Shown in pieces: positions 47,669 through 56,662 of a stretch of 64,000 nucleotides of DNA; position 1 is the stretch's first letter, and each line of letters starts with the position of its first letter. The notes under the pieces were generated by a model, which had not been told where the DNA came from, made no database searches, and saw only the letters and a list, made by a program, of their open reading frames with translations. The stretch covers positions 53,592 to 117,591 of the forward strand of contig JBGCFP010000080.1 of assembly GCA_045107005.1 (NCBI GenBank). Direction: 5' to 3'. The position numbers were made by a program, and so were the translations under genes. This DNA is from Gammaproteobacteria bacterium. Its GTDB lineage: Bacteria; Pseudomonadota; Gammaproteobacteria; Steroidobacterales; JBCCMA01.

Positions 47669-50302
47669 TCAGTCCTGTGGCACGTCGAACTGGTTGTTGT
47701 AGTACTGGCCGCCGATGTCGACCCATTCGACCAGCAGTTTGCGCTCCGCAGGCGTCAGGAAGCCGTCATGCGTGCCGCCCGCCCGGAACCGATCGAAAAA
47801 CTGATCACTGTTGCTGGCCGACGCCACTGCGATTGACTGAGCCACGGGGACCGTGACGAATATTGGCAACATGGTTTCCTCGTCGATGCCCACTTCAATG
47901 AGTCGGTCAATTAACTGGCCGTCCACAACTTCCTGCTCGTTGTCGCCAAAAAATAGCTCGCGGTAGGCCTTGAACTGGCCCGCGTTGTCCGGCGAGGGTC
48001 CATCTGACAAGTCTAACTGAGCGGCGGGCACCTGTGGCATTTGTGCCGCATCAACAATATTGTGGCAGCCGGTGCACGTGTAATCCGAGAGGACGGTCAC
48101 ACCGTCGTCCGCCAGTGTGACGCGCGGCAGGCTCCAGAGCGGATGAATCGATGTTTCGTAGTTAATGATCGAACGGCAGCGGGTGGTCCAGCTGTCAATG
48201 CACGCCAGAGACGCCGGCGGCGGCGTCTGTAAATCGCTGTAATTGAGGGCAAACGACTCGTCTATTGGCCGGCCAGCAGCCACCGGATCGGTCCACTCAT
48301 CTTCATAGACAATATCCAGACTCGGCGTCAGCGCCGCGCAATCGTTGGCGCAGCTGATGCGCACCCGAACCTGGGCCATCGTCTCGCCGAAATCCGCGAA
48401 AAAGGCGGGATTGGTGTTGGGAAAAGGCAAACCCGTCGTTTGGGCACCCGCGTTGAGCGCCGGAAACAGGTCATCGCGCCCGTGCGACACACCCAGGTTG
48501 GTACGGTGACAACCGTTGCATTCGAGCAGTTCGCCGGGGCGCACGTGCATCCAGTTCTCGTGAGAACTGGCGCGACGTTCGCCGTCCACGTCGACCACCT
48601 CGATCTGAAACGCCACGTTCGCGGGCACTTTTGTCATGACCGAACCGTCCGGGGCGATCGGCGCGTAGCCAATGATCTCGCGCATGCCGATGCGACGCGA
48701 ACGGCCGAACGCTTCGCGCGGCACCTCGACGACATCCTGATCCACTTCCGGTACGGATTTGGTCAGGCGAATAAACGCAAACGGGCGATCGTCCACGGTG
48801 GTACGCGCCGGGTCCGAAACAGCATCGAGCCCTCCTGGCGCAAAATCCTGACCGACGACGTCATACACGCTGCGAATGTGCAGAATGCCGACTTCCTCGT
48901 CCACAGCGTCCGGATCGATGTCCAGACCGCGCAAATTGCTCGCGACTTGTGGCGGAAACGGACGCTCCTGAACGGCGACAATATCGCTGAACATCACTCC
49001 TTCTTCCGGCGTCACGACCGGCAGCTGAGTGCCGTCGGTCGGCTCGTAAATCCATAGTCCGTAGAGCGGCGGCGCGTCGACTGCGGTCGGGTCCTCCAAA
49101 AACGTGGAAGTACAGGGCCGAATGATGTCCTCAACCGAAATTCGGCAATCGGACCAGCTGATGAACAATCGGCCGGTGCCGTCGAACAATGGAAACGCAT
49201 CGGCGTACCGGCCGCCCAATGAGAAACTGTCGTCGGTCGTCACCTCGTTCAACGTGGCCGATTCCTGCGCCGGGCCGGGCATACCCGCATTGCTGAGCAC
49301 CGGTTGCTCAATTTCAACGAAACCCTCGGCATCAATGGCGAGCAGATCACCACCAAGCGTTGGCGCAACAAACCCCCGCGCGAGAGTCAGGATTCGGCCG
49401 TCTGGCAACAGCGTTGGCTTCAGAAACTGGATGTCCGCGCCATCCGTACCGGTGGCGTGGCTTAACGCCCCGTACAGCAGTTTGAGATTCGTTCCATCCG
49501 GATTCACGGTGTACAAATTCATTGAGCGATTGCCGCCCACGTCGTCCCAGCGGCGAAAGACGATGCGACCGTCGTCCAGTACGGACGGCTCAAGGTCGTG
49601 ATTCACGTTGTATGAGATCTGGTCAATATCCGTGCCGTCATTTTCCATGACGTGCAACAAGAACGCCGGTTCGTTACGCGATGTCGTGAGAGCGTCATAC
49701 TGCGGCTTGCCTTCATCGAGCAGGATCGCTTTACCGGTGCGCTGACGCGTGGACGAAAAAACAATTCTGTCGTCGGCTAGATACACCGGATTTATATCGT
49801 GACCGGCCTCCGCCACGATGTCGGACTCGATCACGCGACGCAGCGTGTCGTCGACCAGGGAATACTCCCAGATGTCCCACTTGGGTTGATCTTCGTCCTG
49901 CACGTTTTCCAACAACGGCATGCGCATCGCGAAGGCGACACGCGTGCCGTCGTAGGACGACGTCAAATCCCGAACGTCACCAAGTCCGCCGGTAATTTCA
50001 CCCGTGATGTTTCGTTCCTCTGCGCTTGGCGAGGCGCGCTCGCGCACGAACACGTCGGCACCAGCGGCAAACTTGATTGCCTCGCGCGCGTCATCTTCGA
50101 TTAACACGCCGTCGTCGTCAGTTGGCAACGGCCGCTTCACGTAAAGAATGGGAATATCGAGAACCACTGGATCGGGTGATTGACCCGTTGCAACGCCGAT
50201 GCGGTCGCCATCCGAGCCACCGCAACCGGTGTTCCACAGAGCCACCGTTGCCGCCAACGTTGTGGCCAAAACGATCCGCATTGCCGGTCGCGAATTTAGC
50301 AT
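47669..50302 (-). CDS. Large periplasmic/lipoprotein-like beta-propeller protein with two C-terminal CxxCH motifs (HzsA-related-like architecture)
   Basis: 877 aa from the ATG at 50302 (GGGAGAG, 8-nt spacer). Signal ending 'LWNTGC'. Recurrent PD40/TolB-like blades ('DGTRVAFAM', 'DDRIVFSSTR', 'DDGRIVFRRWD', 'PDGRILTLAR'). CNGCH at 48506-48520 and CTGCH at 48062-48076. Confidence 0.75.
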   Translation of the reverse strand: MLNSRPAMRIVLATTLAATVALWNTGCGGSDGDRIGVATGQSPDPVVLDIPILYVKRPLPTDDDGVLIEDDAREAIKFAAGADVFVRERASPSAEERNITGEITGGLGDVRDLTSSYDGTRVAFAMRMPLLENVQDEDQPKWDIWEYSLVDDTLRRVIESDIVAEAGHDINPVYLADDRIVFSSTRQRTGKAILLDEGKPQYDALTTSRNEPAFLLHVMENDGTDIDQISYNVNHDLEPSVLDDGRIVFRRWDDVGGNRSMNLYTVNPDGTNLKLLYGALSHATGTDGADIQFLKPTLLPDGRILTLARGFVAPTLGGDLLAIDAEGFVEIEQPVLSNAGMPGPAQESATLNEVTTDDSFSLGGRYADAFPLFDGTGRLFISWSDCRISVEDIIRPCTSTFLEDPTAVDAPPLYGLWIYEPTDGTQLPVVTPEEGVMFSDIVAVQERPFPPQVASNLRGLDIDPDAVDEEVGILHIRSVYDVVGQDFAPGGLDAVSDPARTTVDDRPFAFIRLTKSVPEVDQDVVEVPREAFGRSRRIGMREIIGYAPIAPDGSVMTKVPANVAFQIEVVDVDGERRASSHENWMHVRPGELLECNGCHRTNLGVSHGRDDLFPALNAGAQTTGLPFPNTNPAFFADFGETMAQVRVRISCANDCAALTPSLDIVYEDEWTDPVAAGRPIDESFALNYSDLQTPPPASLACIDSWTTRCRSIINYETSIHPLWSLPRVTLADDGVTVLSDYTCTGCHNIVDAAQMPQVPAAQLDLSDGPSPDNAGQFKAYRELFFGDNEQEVVDGQLIDRLIEVGIDEETMLPIFVTVPVAQSIAVASASNSDQFFDRFRAGGTHDGFLTPAERKLLVEWVDIGGQYYNNQFDVPQD

Positions 50303-50685
50303 TCGATATGCTCTCCCGAGCTTTGAAAAAAGGCTTGACGTAATTCCTGCCAAACCGAACTTATGTGGAACCAACGCCCGCCGACGCACTTAAGACTGCC
50401 ATCATGACGCTGCCGCTTGTGCAGTCTGTGAATCTAATCACAGAACTCATTTCTCGTTGAGCGACTATCTGTTCTTGCTTGCTTTGTCGTCACTTCGCAT
50501 TTGCTCTGACGCGAACCTTGGTGCCTGAAGTGCGACGTTTTGGAAACAGCTTGTTGCCTGCAATGCCGAAAGCATACGCGAGCCACATAAGGGCTCAAGA
50601 TGTCGCACAATCGCGACATTTGAATCGACGGATCAGGCTGCGCAATACTTGTGCTCACACTGCGATAACACCGAGAACGACTGCT

Positions 50686-51888
50686 ATGCCAAGAACTCTT
50701 GTCTCGAATCCCTGCTCCGAGCGCGCCGCATCACAACGCCCGGGCGTCTACGCTACGCTCGCGTGCACCGCGACGCTGCTGATGCTGGCCGCCACGGCGA
50801 GCGCCGGCCCGCGCGAACAGGCCAAGGTCATGCACGACCGCCTGACCGGCGCACCCCCGACCGCCGACGAACTCGACGCCACCAGTGCCCAAATTGCGGA
50901 CGGTGACGCCGCCGGCGCCGCGCTCGCTGTCACGCTGGACGACGGCTTCTATAACGTAACCCTCAAGAATTTTATTGCCCCGGCAACCAACCGCGATCAG
51001 AGCGTATTTGTGCCGCTGAACGATTACAGCGCCACATTCATTGGCATGGTGCGCGACGACGTACCCATGAATACACTCCTGTCAGCCGATCTGGTCTACG
51101 TCAGTGAAGCCGCAGGCCTGCCCGCGTATTCCGCGACCAATAATGACCACTACGAACAACTCGAGAGTCGCGGCATCAGTCTGCGCGACACCCTGGCCGC
51201 ACGGACGCAGTCTCAGTTGACCTCTCTGCCGGCAACGGCGACCGCCGGCATCATGACCACGCGCGGCGCTGCGGAAGCGTTTTTCATCGATGGTACAAAC
51301 CGCGCAATGTTCCGCTTCACCCTGCTCAATCACATGTGTCGGGATCTGGAACAAGTGGCTGACACCTCGCGCCCGCCCGATCGCATCCGCCAGGACGTGT
51401 CGCGCAGCCCCGGCGGTGACAGCCGTTTATTTCTGAACAACTGCATCGGCTGCCACAGCGGTATGGATCCGCTCGCGCAGGCTTTCGCTTACTACGATTT
51501 TGACGAAAATGTGAATCAGCTGGTGTACACAGAAGGCCAGGTGCAGGAAAAGTACGGCATTAACGAAGACACCTTCAAATTTGGTTTTGTGACGCCTGAC
51601 GACTCCTGGGACAACTACTGGCGCACCGGGCGCAACGGCGTTATCGGCTGGGACGAAAACCGACCGGCTTCAGGCAACGGCGCCAAGTCACTGGGCGAAG
51701 AGCTCGCCAACACCGAGGTGTTTGCGTCGTGTCAGGTCACCAAGGTATTTCGCAACGTCTGCTTGCGCGATCCTGTCGATGCGGCCGACCGCGCCCAAAT
51801 TGAAACGATGACCCAAGCCTTCAAGAGCGACGGCTATTCACTGCGTCCGGTATTTGCCGACGCCGCTGTTTACTGCATGGGCGAATAG
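50686..51888 (+). CDS. Secreted CxxCH protein, Planctomycete PSCyt3/DUF1588-like
   Basis: 400 aa from the ATG at 50686. Signal-like 'ATLACTATLLMLAATASA'. 'NNCIGCHSGMDPLAQAFAYYDF' (CIGCH at 51442-51456) matches the C..CH..MDP pattern I recall for DUF1588. Confidence 0.65.
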   Translation: MPRTLVSNPCSERAASQRPGVYATLACTATLLMLAATASAGPREQAKVMHDRLTGAPPTADELDATSAQIADGDAAGAALAVTLDDGFYNVTLKNFIAPATNRDQSVFVPLNDYSATFIGMVRDDVPMNTLLSADLVYVSEAAGLPAYSATNNDHYEQLESRGISLRDTLAARTQSQLTSLPATATAGIMTTRGAAEAFFIDGTNRAMFRFTLLNHMCRDLEQVADTSRPPDRIRQDVSRSPGGDSRLFLNNCIGCHSGMDPLAQAFAYYDFDENVNQLVYTEGQVQEKYGINEDTFKFGFVTPDDSWDNYWRTGRNGVIGWDENRPASGNGAKSLGEELANTEVFASCQVTKVFRNVCLRDPVDAADRAQIETMTQAFKSDGYSLRPVFADAAVYCMGE

Positions 51889-51890
51889 AC

Positions 51891-54338
51891 ATGATCAAGC
51901 AAACATTCATTCGACTCAGTGCTGTTGTCGCCCTTGCGGCTGGTCTGGCGGCTTGCGGCGGCGGCGGCGCTGAAGTGGTCTCGCTGCCGGTGACCAATCC
52001 ACCACCTGTCGCTGACTACAACGGACCGGCACCATCAACCGCCGACGTGCAGTCGTTCAAACTCAATTTGTGGGACAACATTAGCGACACAAACCGTTGC
52101 GGCGCCTGTCACGGTGCGGGCGGTCAGTCACCGACGTTTGTGCGTAACGACGATATCAACCTCGCCTACTCGGACACCAACCCGCTGGTGAGTCTGACCC
52201 AGCCTTCCGAGTCACTGCTGGTGACGAAGGTTGGCGGCGGCCACAACTGCTGGGAAGCCAGCGACGCGGTTTGCGCCGACATTCTGACGACCTGGATTTC
52301 GTCGTGGGCTGGCGACGCCATCGCCGGTGGCGGCAATCAAATCGAGCTGGAAGCCCCCACCATCAAGGACGTTGGACAAAGCAAAGGCTTCCCCGATGAC
52401 AGCGGCTTGTTCGCCACGACGATTTATCCGGTGCTGACGACCTACTGCTCGGACTGTCATTCGTCAGAATCCTCGTTTGCGGTGCAACCGTACTTTGCGG
52501 ATCCGGACGTGGACACGGCGTACGCCGCGGCGAAGTCGAAACTCAACCTCGACAGCACCGACGAATCGCGGTTTGTTATTCGACTCGTACAGCAGTTCCA
52601 CAACTGCTGGAGCGAATGCGGCAGCGACGGCGCGCAAATGCTCGCCGCCATTGACGCAATGGCCGATCAAATTCCGCTGACGGAAATCGACCCGACTCTG
52701 GTGGTCAGCAAAGCGTTGACGCTGTTCGACGGCACGATCGCGAGCGGCGGTAATCGCTATGACAACAATGCGATCGCGCTGTATGAATTCAAAACCGGCA
52801 CGGGTCTGACCGCCTTTGACACCAGCGGTGTCGAACCGGCACTAAACCTGACGCTGTCCGGTGATGTCAGTTGGTTCGGAGGTTACGGTATCGATCTGCG
52901 CGGCGGCCGGGCTCAAGGCTCTACCAGCGCCAGTTCCAAACTGCACTCACAAATCACGGCCACGGGCGAATACTCGGTTGAAGCCTGGGTCGCAGCGGGC
53001 AATGTCACGCAGGAAGACGCGCGCATTATCAGCTACTCGGCAGGTGTCGACGCGCGCAACATGAGCGTCAGCCAAAATCTGTATAACTACGTGTTTGCCA
53101 ATCGTTCCAGCGTGACCGATGCCAACGGCATGCCGGCGCTATCGACCGCCGATGCGGATGAAGACCTGCAGGCAACGCTACAGCACGTCGTCGTAACCTA
53201 CGATCCGGTAGAAGGTCGACGCATTTACGTGAACGGCACCTTTACCGACGATGTCGACATGGAAGGCGGCGGTTTGCTCAACGACTGGGACGACACGTTT
53301 GCGTTCGTGCTCGGCAACGAAGTGTCCGGCAACCGTACGTGGGAAGGCGTTATTCGGCTGGTCGCCATCCACAACCGGGCGCTGACTGAGGAACAGATCA
53401 CGCAGAACCTGGAAGCAGGCGTCGGTCAGAAGTTCTTCCTGCTGTTCAACCTCGAAGACCACATTGACGTGCCGGCCAGCTATCTGATGTTTGAGGTAGC
53501 GCAGTTTGATACTTACAGCTATTTGTTCCAGACGCCCACGTTCATTTCGCTTGACGGTACGGCCGCACCGGACAACATCGCGATCGCGGGAATTCGCATC
53601 GGTGTGAACGGTCTGGAGGCACCCGTTGGACAGGCGTACCAGAACGTAGACACGATGATTACTGCCGAACGCTACGGTCCAAGCGGCCAGCAGTTGTCCA
53701 GCGTCGGCACCATCGTGCCGCTGGAGAAAGGTCCCGAGAACGACGAATTTTTCCTGAGCTTTGAAATTCTCGGCGACGCAACCAACGTGGTTGTCGAAGC
53801 CGTGCCGCCAGCGCCAGCCGTGCCTGCCGATCTGGACGCAGAGCCGGTCGTCGGTTTGCGCACCTTTGATGAAGTGAACGCGACGATGGCCAAATTGACC
53901 GGCGTTGATCCGAATCAGGCGGACGTGAACCTCACTTACGAGACGATCAAGCAACAGCTGCCAGTTAACGAGAACATCGGCGGCTTCCTGGCTTCACACC
54001 AGGTCGCCATCGCGCAGCTCGCCATCGAGTACTGCAACACGCTGGTTGAAGACACCGGCTTGCGTGCCAGCTACTTCACGGGTGTCGATTTCAATGCGTC
54101 CGCGACGGCGGCGTTCGACGGCGCCGGACGCGATGCGGTGATCAACCCACTGCTTGATCGAATGGTGGGCATCAGCGTGGCGTCGCAGCCCGATACCGCA
54201 GAAGTCCGTACCGAATTGAACAACCTGATCGATACGCTCACCGGCTGTGGCAACAGCTGTGCGGCAGATCGAACCGCGGTAACGGTCAAAGCCGTTTGCG
54301 CAGCGACGCTCGGTAGCGCCGCGACCTTGTTGCAATAA
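51891..54338 (+). CDS. Lipoprotein with two CxxCH modules and a LamG/concanavalin-like domain
   Basis: 815 aa. Lipobox 'LAAGLAAC'. CGACH at 52098-52112 and CSDCH at 52446-52460, each followed about 50 aa later by 'HNCW'. Central LamG-like region ('EYSVEAWVAAG..HVVVTYDPVEGRRIYVNG'). Confidence 0.75.
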   Translation: MIKQTFIRLSAVVALAAGLAACGGGGAEVVSLPVTNPPPVADYNGPAPSTADVQSFKLNLWDNISDTNRCGACHGAGGQSPTFVRNDDINLAYSDTNPLVSLTQPSESLLVTKVGGGHNCWEASDAVCADILTTWISSWAGDAIAGGGNQIELEAPTIKDVGQSKGFPDDSGLFATTIYPVLTTYCSDCHSSESSFAVQPYFADPDVDTAYAAAKSKLNLDSTDESRFVIRLVQQFHNCWSECGSDGAQMLAAIDAMADQIPLTEIDPTLVVSKALTLFDGTIASGGNRYDNNAIALYEFKTGTGLTAFDTSGVEPALNLTLSGDVSWFGGYGIDLRGGRAQGSTSASSKLHSQITATGEYSVEAWVAAGNVTQEDARIISYSAGVDARNMSVSQNLYNYVFANRSSVTDANGMPALSTADADEDLQATLQHVVVTYDPVEGRRIYVNGTFTDDVDMEGGGLLNDWDDTFAFVLGNEVSGNRTWEGVIRLVAIHNRALTEEQITQNLEAGVGQKFFLLFNLEDHIDVPASYLMFEVAQFDTYSYLFQTPTFISLDGTAAPDNIAIAGIRIGVNGLEAPVGQAYQNVDTMITAERYGPSGQQLSSVGTIVPLEKGPENDEFFLSFEILGDATNVVVEAVPPAPAVPADLDAEPVVGLRTFDEVNATMAKLTGVDPNQADVNLTYETIKQQLPVNENIGGFLASHQVAIAQLAIEYCNTLVEDTGLRASYFTGVDFNASATAAFDGAGRDAVINPLLDRMVGISVASQPDTAEVRTELNNLIDTLTGCGNSCAADRTAVTVKAVCAATLGSAATLLQ

Positions 54339-54367
54339 CCCCAACTATTACGAAAACGAGACCTGAT

Positions 54368-55975
54368 ATGGCCCGACGATTTCGACGTTCGAAAAAACCC
54401 CTGCATAAAGATGCCCCGCTTCGCCACGATGACCACGCCCGTCCGGTGACCCGCCGCGATTTGTTGGCACAGGGCTTTCGTACCGGTGCCGGCATGCTCG
54501 CCGGGCCTACGGTCTTCAGTCTGTTTGCCAATGCGAGGTCCGCTCGGGCCGAACTCTCGCAGGATTTGATGGATCTGCGCGAAACCTGCGGGCTTGCGAC
54601 GCAAGGCGCCGGCAAGATTCCGTTTATCTGTTTTGACCTGGCCGGCGGCGTGAACGTCGCGGCATCCAACGTTCTGGTTGGTCAGGACGGCGGGCAGCTG
54701 GATTTTCTGAGTACACAGGGCTACAGCCGTCTGGGCTTGCCCGGCGACATGATTCCTCCGGTGCTGAACGCGCAAACCGGTACGAACGATTTTATTAATC
54801 AGGATCTCGGTCTGGCCTTTCATACCGACAGTGCTTTCTTGCGCGGTATTCAGGACAAGCTGTCAATTATGAACATGGCGTCGGTCAACGGCGCGGTCAT
54901 TCCGGCCCGCTCTGAGAATGACACCGGCAACAATCCGCACAACCCGATGTACGGCATTAATCGCGCCGGTGCGGACGGTGGCTTGCTGACGCTGATCGGC
55001 AGTCGCAGTTCTGATTCCGGCGGCAATTCGCTCGCGCCTGAAGCGCTGATCGATCCAACCGTGCGACCTACAAAAATTGATCGCCCCAGCGACGCCACTG
55101 GCCTGGTCGACACCGGCAAGCTCGTCGGTCTGCTCGAGCAGTCGGACGCCGTGGCCGTCATGGAAGCGATCCAGCGCATCAGCGACGCCAAGCTGGACGC
55201 CGTCAACACTCAGGTCACCAACGACGAGATCCTCAAAGAACTCGTACGCTGCGGCTATGTGAAGGCGGCGGACTTGAGCGATCGCTTCGGCGACCCGTCG
55301 ACGCTGGATCCACTGCTCGACGACGACATCGTCGGGCCGACCGGTATCTTTACCGCGGACGAGCTGGAAAACGATCGCGAGTTTCGCAAGACCGCCTCGG
55401 TCATGAAACTGGTGGTCAACGGTTTTGCTGGCGCCGGCACCATTCAGATGGGTGGCTACGACTATCACACGGGCGATCGCGCCAACGGCGAGATTCGCGA
55501 TTTGCGCGCTGGCCGTTGCATGGGCGCTTGCCTGGAATACGCCGCGCGCGTCGGCGTGCCGCTAATGATGTACGTCTTTAGCGACGGCTCGGTGTTCAGC
55601 AACGGCAGCATTGACAGCTCGGTCGATGGACGCGGGAAAGGCGTGTGGACCGGGGACAATTCCTCGACGGCCGCCTCATTCTTCCTGGTCTACAACCCGG
55701 GCGGTCGCCCACAGCTGTTCACGGGCGATAACCTCGAGCCGGCTCTGCACCAACAGATTGGCGCGTTTCGTGCCGACGGCGGCGTTGAAACCAGTTCAAC
55801 GCCGGCCGCCAATAACGTCAATCTCCTGGTTGAGACAATCATCTACAACTACATGGCTCTGCACGGCGAACAGGCCAATTTCCCAACGTTGTTCCCAGGC
55901 CACGGCCTTGGCCCGGTATCGCTGCGCGACCGATTGACCGCCTTTAATCCGATCGTGAGCGGCACCATCGGCTAA
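54368..55975 (+). CDS. Tat-exported DUF1501-like (sulfatase/alkaline-phosphatase superfamily) protein
   Basis: 535 aa. Twin-arginine signal 'VTRRDLLAQGFRTGAGMLAG'. 'MGGYDYHTGDR' resembles the GG(W/F)D(T)H motif of DUF1501. Confidence 0.7.
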   Translation: MARRFRRSKKPLHKDAPLRHDDHARPVTRRDLLAQGFRTGAGMLAGPTVFSLFANARSARAELSQDLMDLRETCGLATQGAGKIPFICFDLAGGVNVAASNVLVGQDGGQLDFLSTQGYSRLGLPGDMIPPVLNAQTGTNDFINQDLGLAFHTDSAFLRGIQDKLSIMNMASVNGAVIPARSENDTGNNPHNPMYGINRAGADGGLLTLIGSRSSDSGGNSLAPEALIDPTVRPTKIDRPSDATGLVDTGKLVGLLEQSDAVAVMEAIQRISDAKLDAVNTQVTNDEILKELVRCGYVKAADLSDRFGDPSTLDPLLDDDIVGPTGIFTADELENDREFRKTASVMKLVVNGFAGAGTIQMGGYDYHTGDRANGEIRDLRAGRCMGACLEYAARVGVPLMMYVFSDGSVFSNGSIDSSVDGRGKGVWTGDNSSTAASFFLVYNPGGRPQLFTGDNLEPALHQQIGAFRADGGVETSSTPAANNVNLLVETIIYNYMALHGEQANFPTLFPGHGLGPVSLRDRLTAFNPIVSGTIG

Positions 55976-56010
55976 ACCGATACGCACAACCCTCCAGGTG
56001 TGCACCCCGG

Positions 56011-56044
56011 CCGGCACTCGTTTTCAGACGGGTGCCGGTTTTTT
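56011..56044 (+). terminator. Rho-independent terminator after the CxxCH/Tat trio
   Basis: 'CCGGCACtcgttttcagacggGTGCCGGtttttt' is a 7-bp GC-rich stem followed by a T-run, 36 nt after the stop at 55975. Confidence 0.7.
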
Positions 56045-56125
56045 CGTTCAGCCGGCCTGAAATATTTTTGCGCCACACCCGGTCCTGCTTGACACACCCG
56101 TACGTCACTTGAGGAACGAGTCATC

Positions 56126-56662
56126 ATGCGCACCCAGCTTGCCACCGTTGTCGCGTTTATTGCGCTGCTATTTTCCGTCGGCGCGCAAGCGCAGGAACAC
56201 GTCAGTGTTGACTGGACGCTCGACCGCGCAGACGGCACGCCGTTCACGCTCAGCGACAACGAAGGCGAAAAGACCACCTTGATACTGTTTTGGGCGACTT
56301 GGTGCCCCTACTGCAAGGCGCTCATGCCGCATATCGAAAGCATGGTGCTGGAACACGGTCAGGACAACTTTGAAGTACTGGCGATCACCATCGGGGAAGA
56401 TGGCGATCCGGCGAAATATCTGCAGGACAAAGGCTACGATTTCACGCTGTTGCCGGACGGCGACCAGATTGCAGCAAAGTACGGTATCCGTGGTACGCCG
56501 GGCGTGCTCATCGTCAATCAGGCGGGCACAACCGTTTTTGACCTTCGCAGGCAGCCCTCCCAGCAGCTCAACACCGAAAACATGAAGCGCCGGGATGTGG
56601 CGGCTCGTCGTGCGCCGTTCTGGGCTGCCCAGATTCGACAGGCGCTGGACGCCACACTCTGA
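56126..56662 (+). CDS. TlpA-like periplasmic thioredoxin-family protein
   Basis: 178 aa with a signal peptide. Active site 'LFWATWCPYCKALMP'. Confidence 0.85.
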   Translation: MRTQLATVVAFIALLFSVGAQAQEHVSVDWTLDRADGTPFTLSDNEGEKTTLILFWATWCPYCKALMPHIESMVLEHGQDNFEVLAITIGEDGDPAKYLQDKGYDFTLLPDGDQIAAKYGIRGTPGVLIVNQAGTTVFDLRRQPSQQLNTENMKRRDVAARRAPFWAAQIRQALDATL

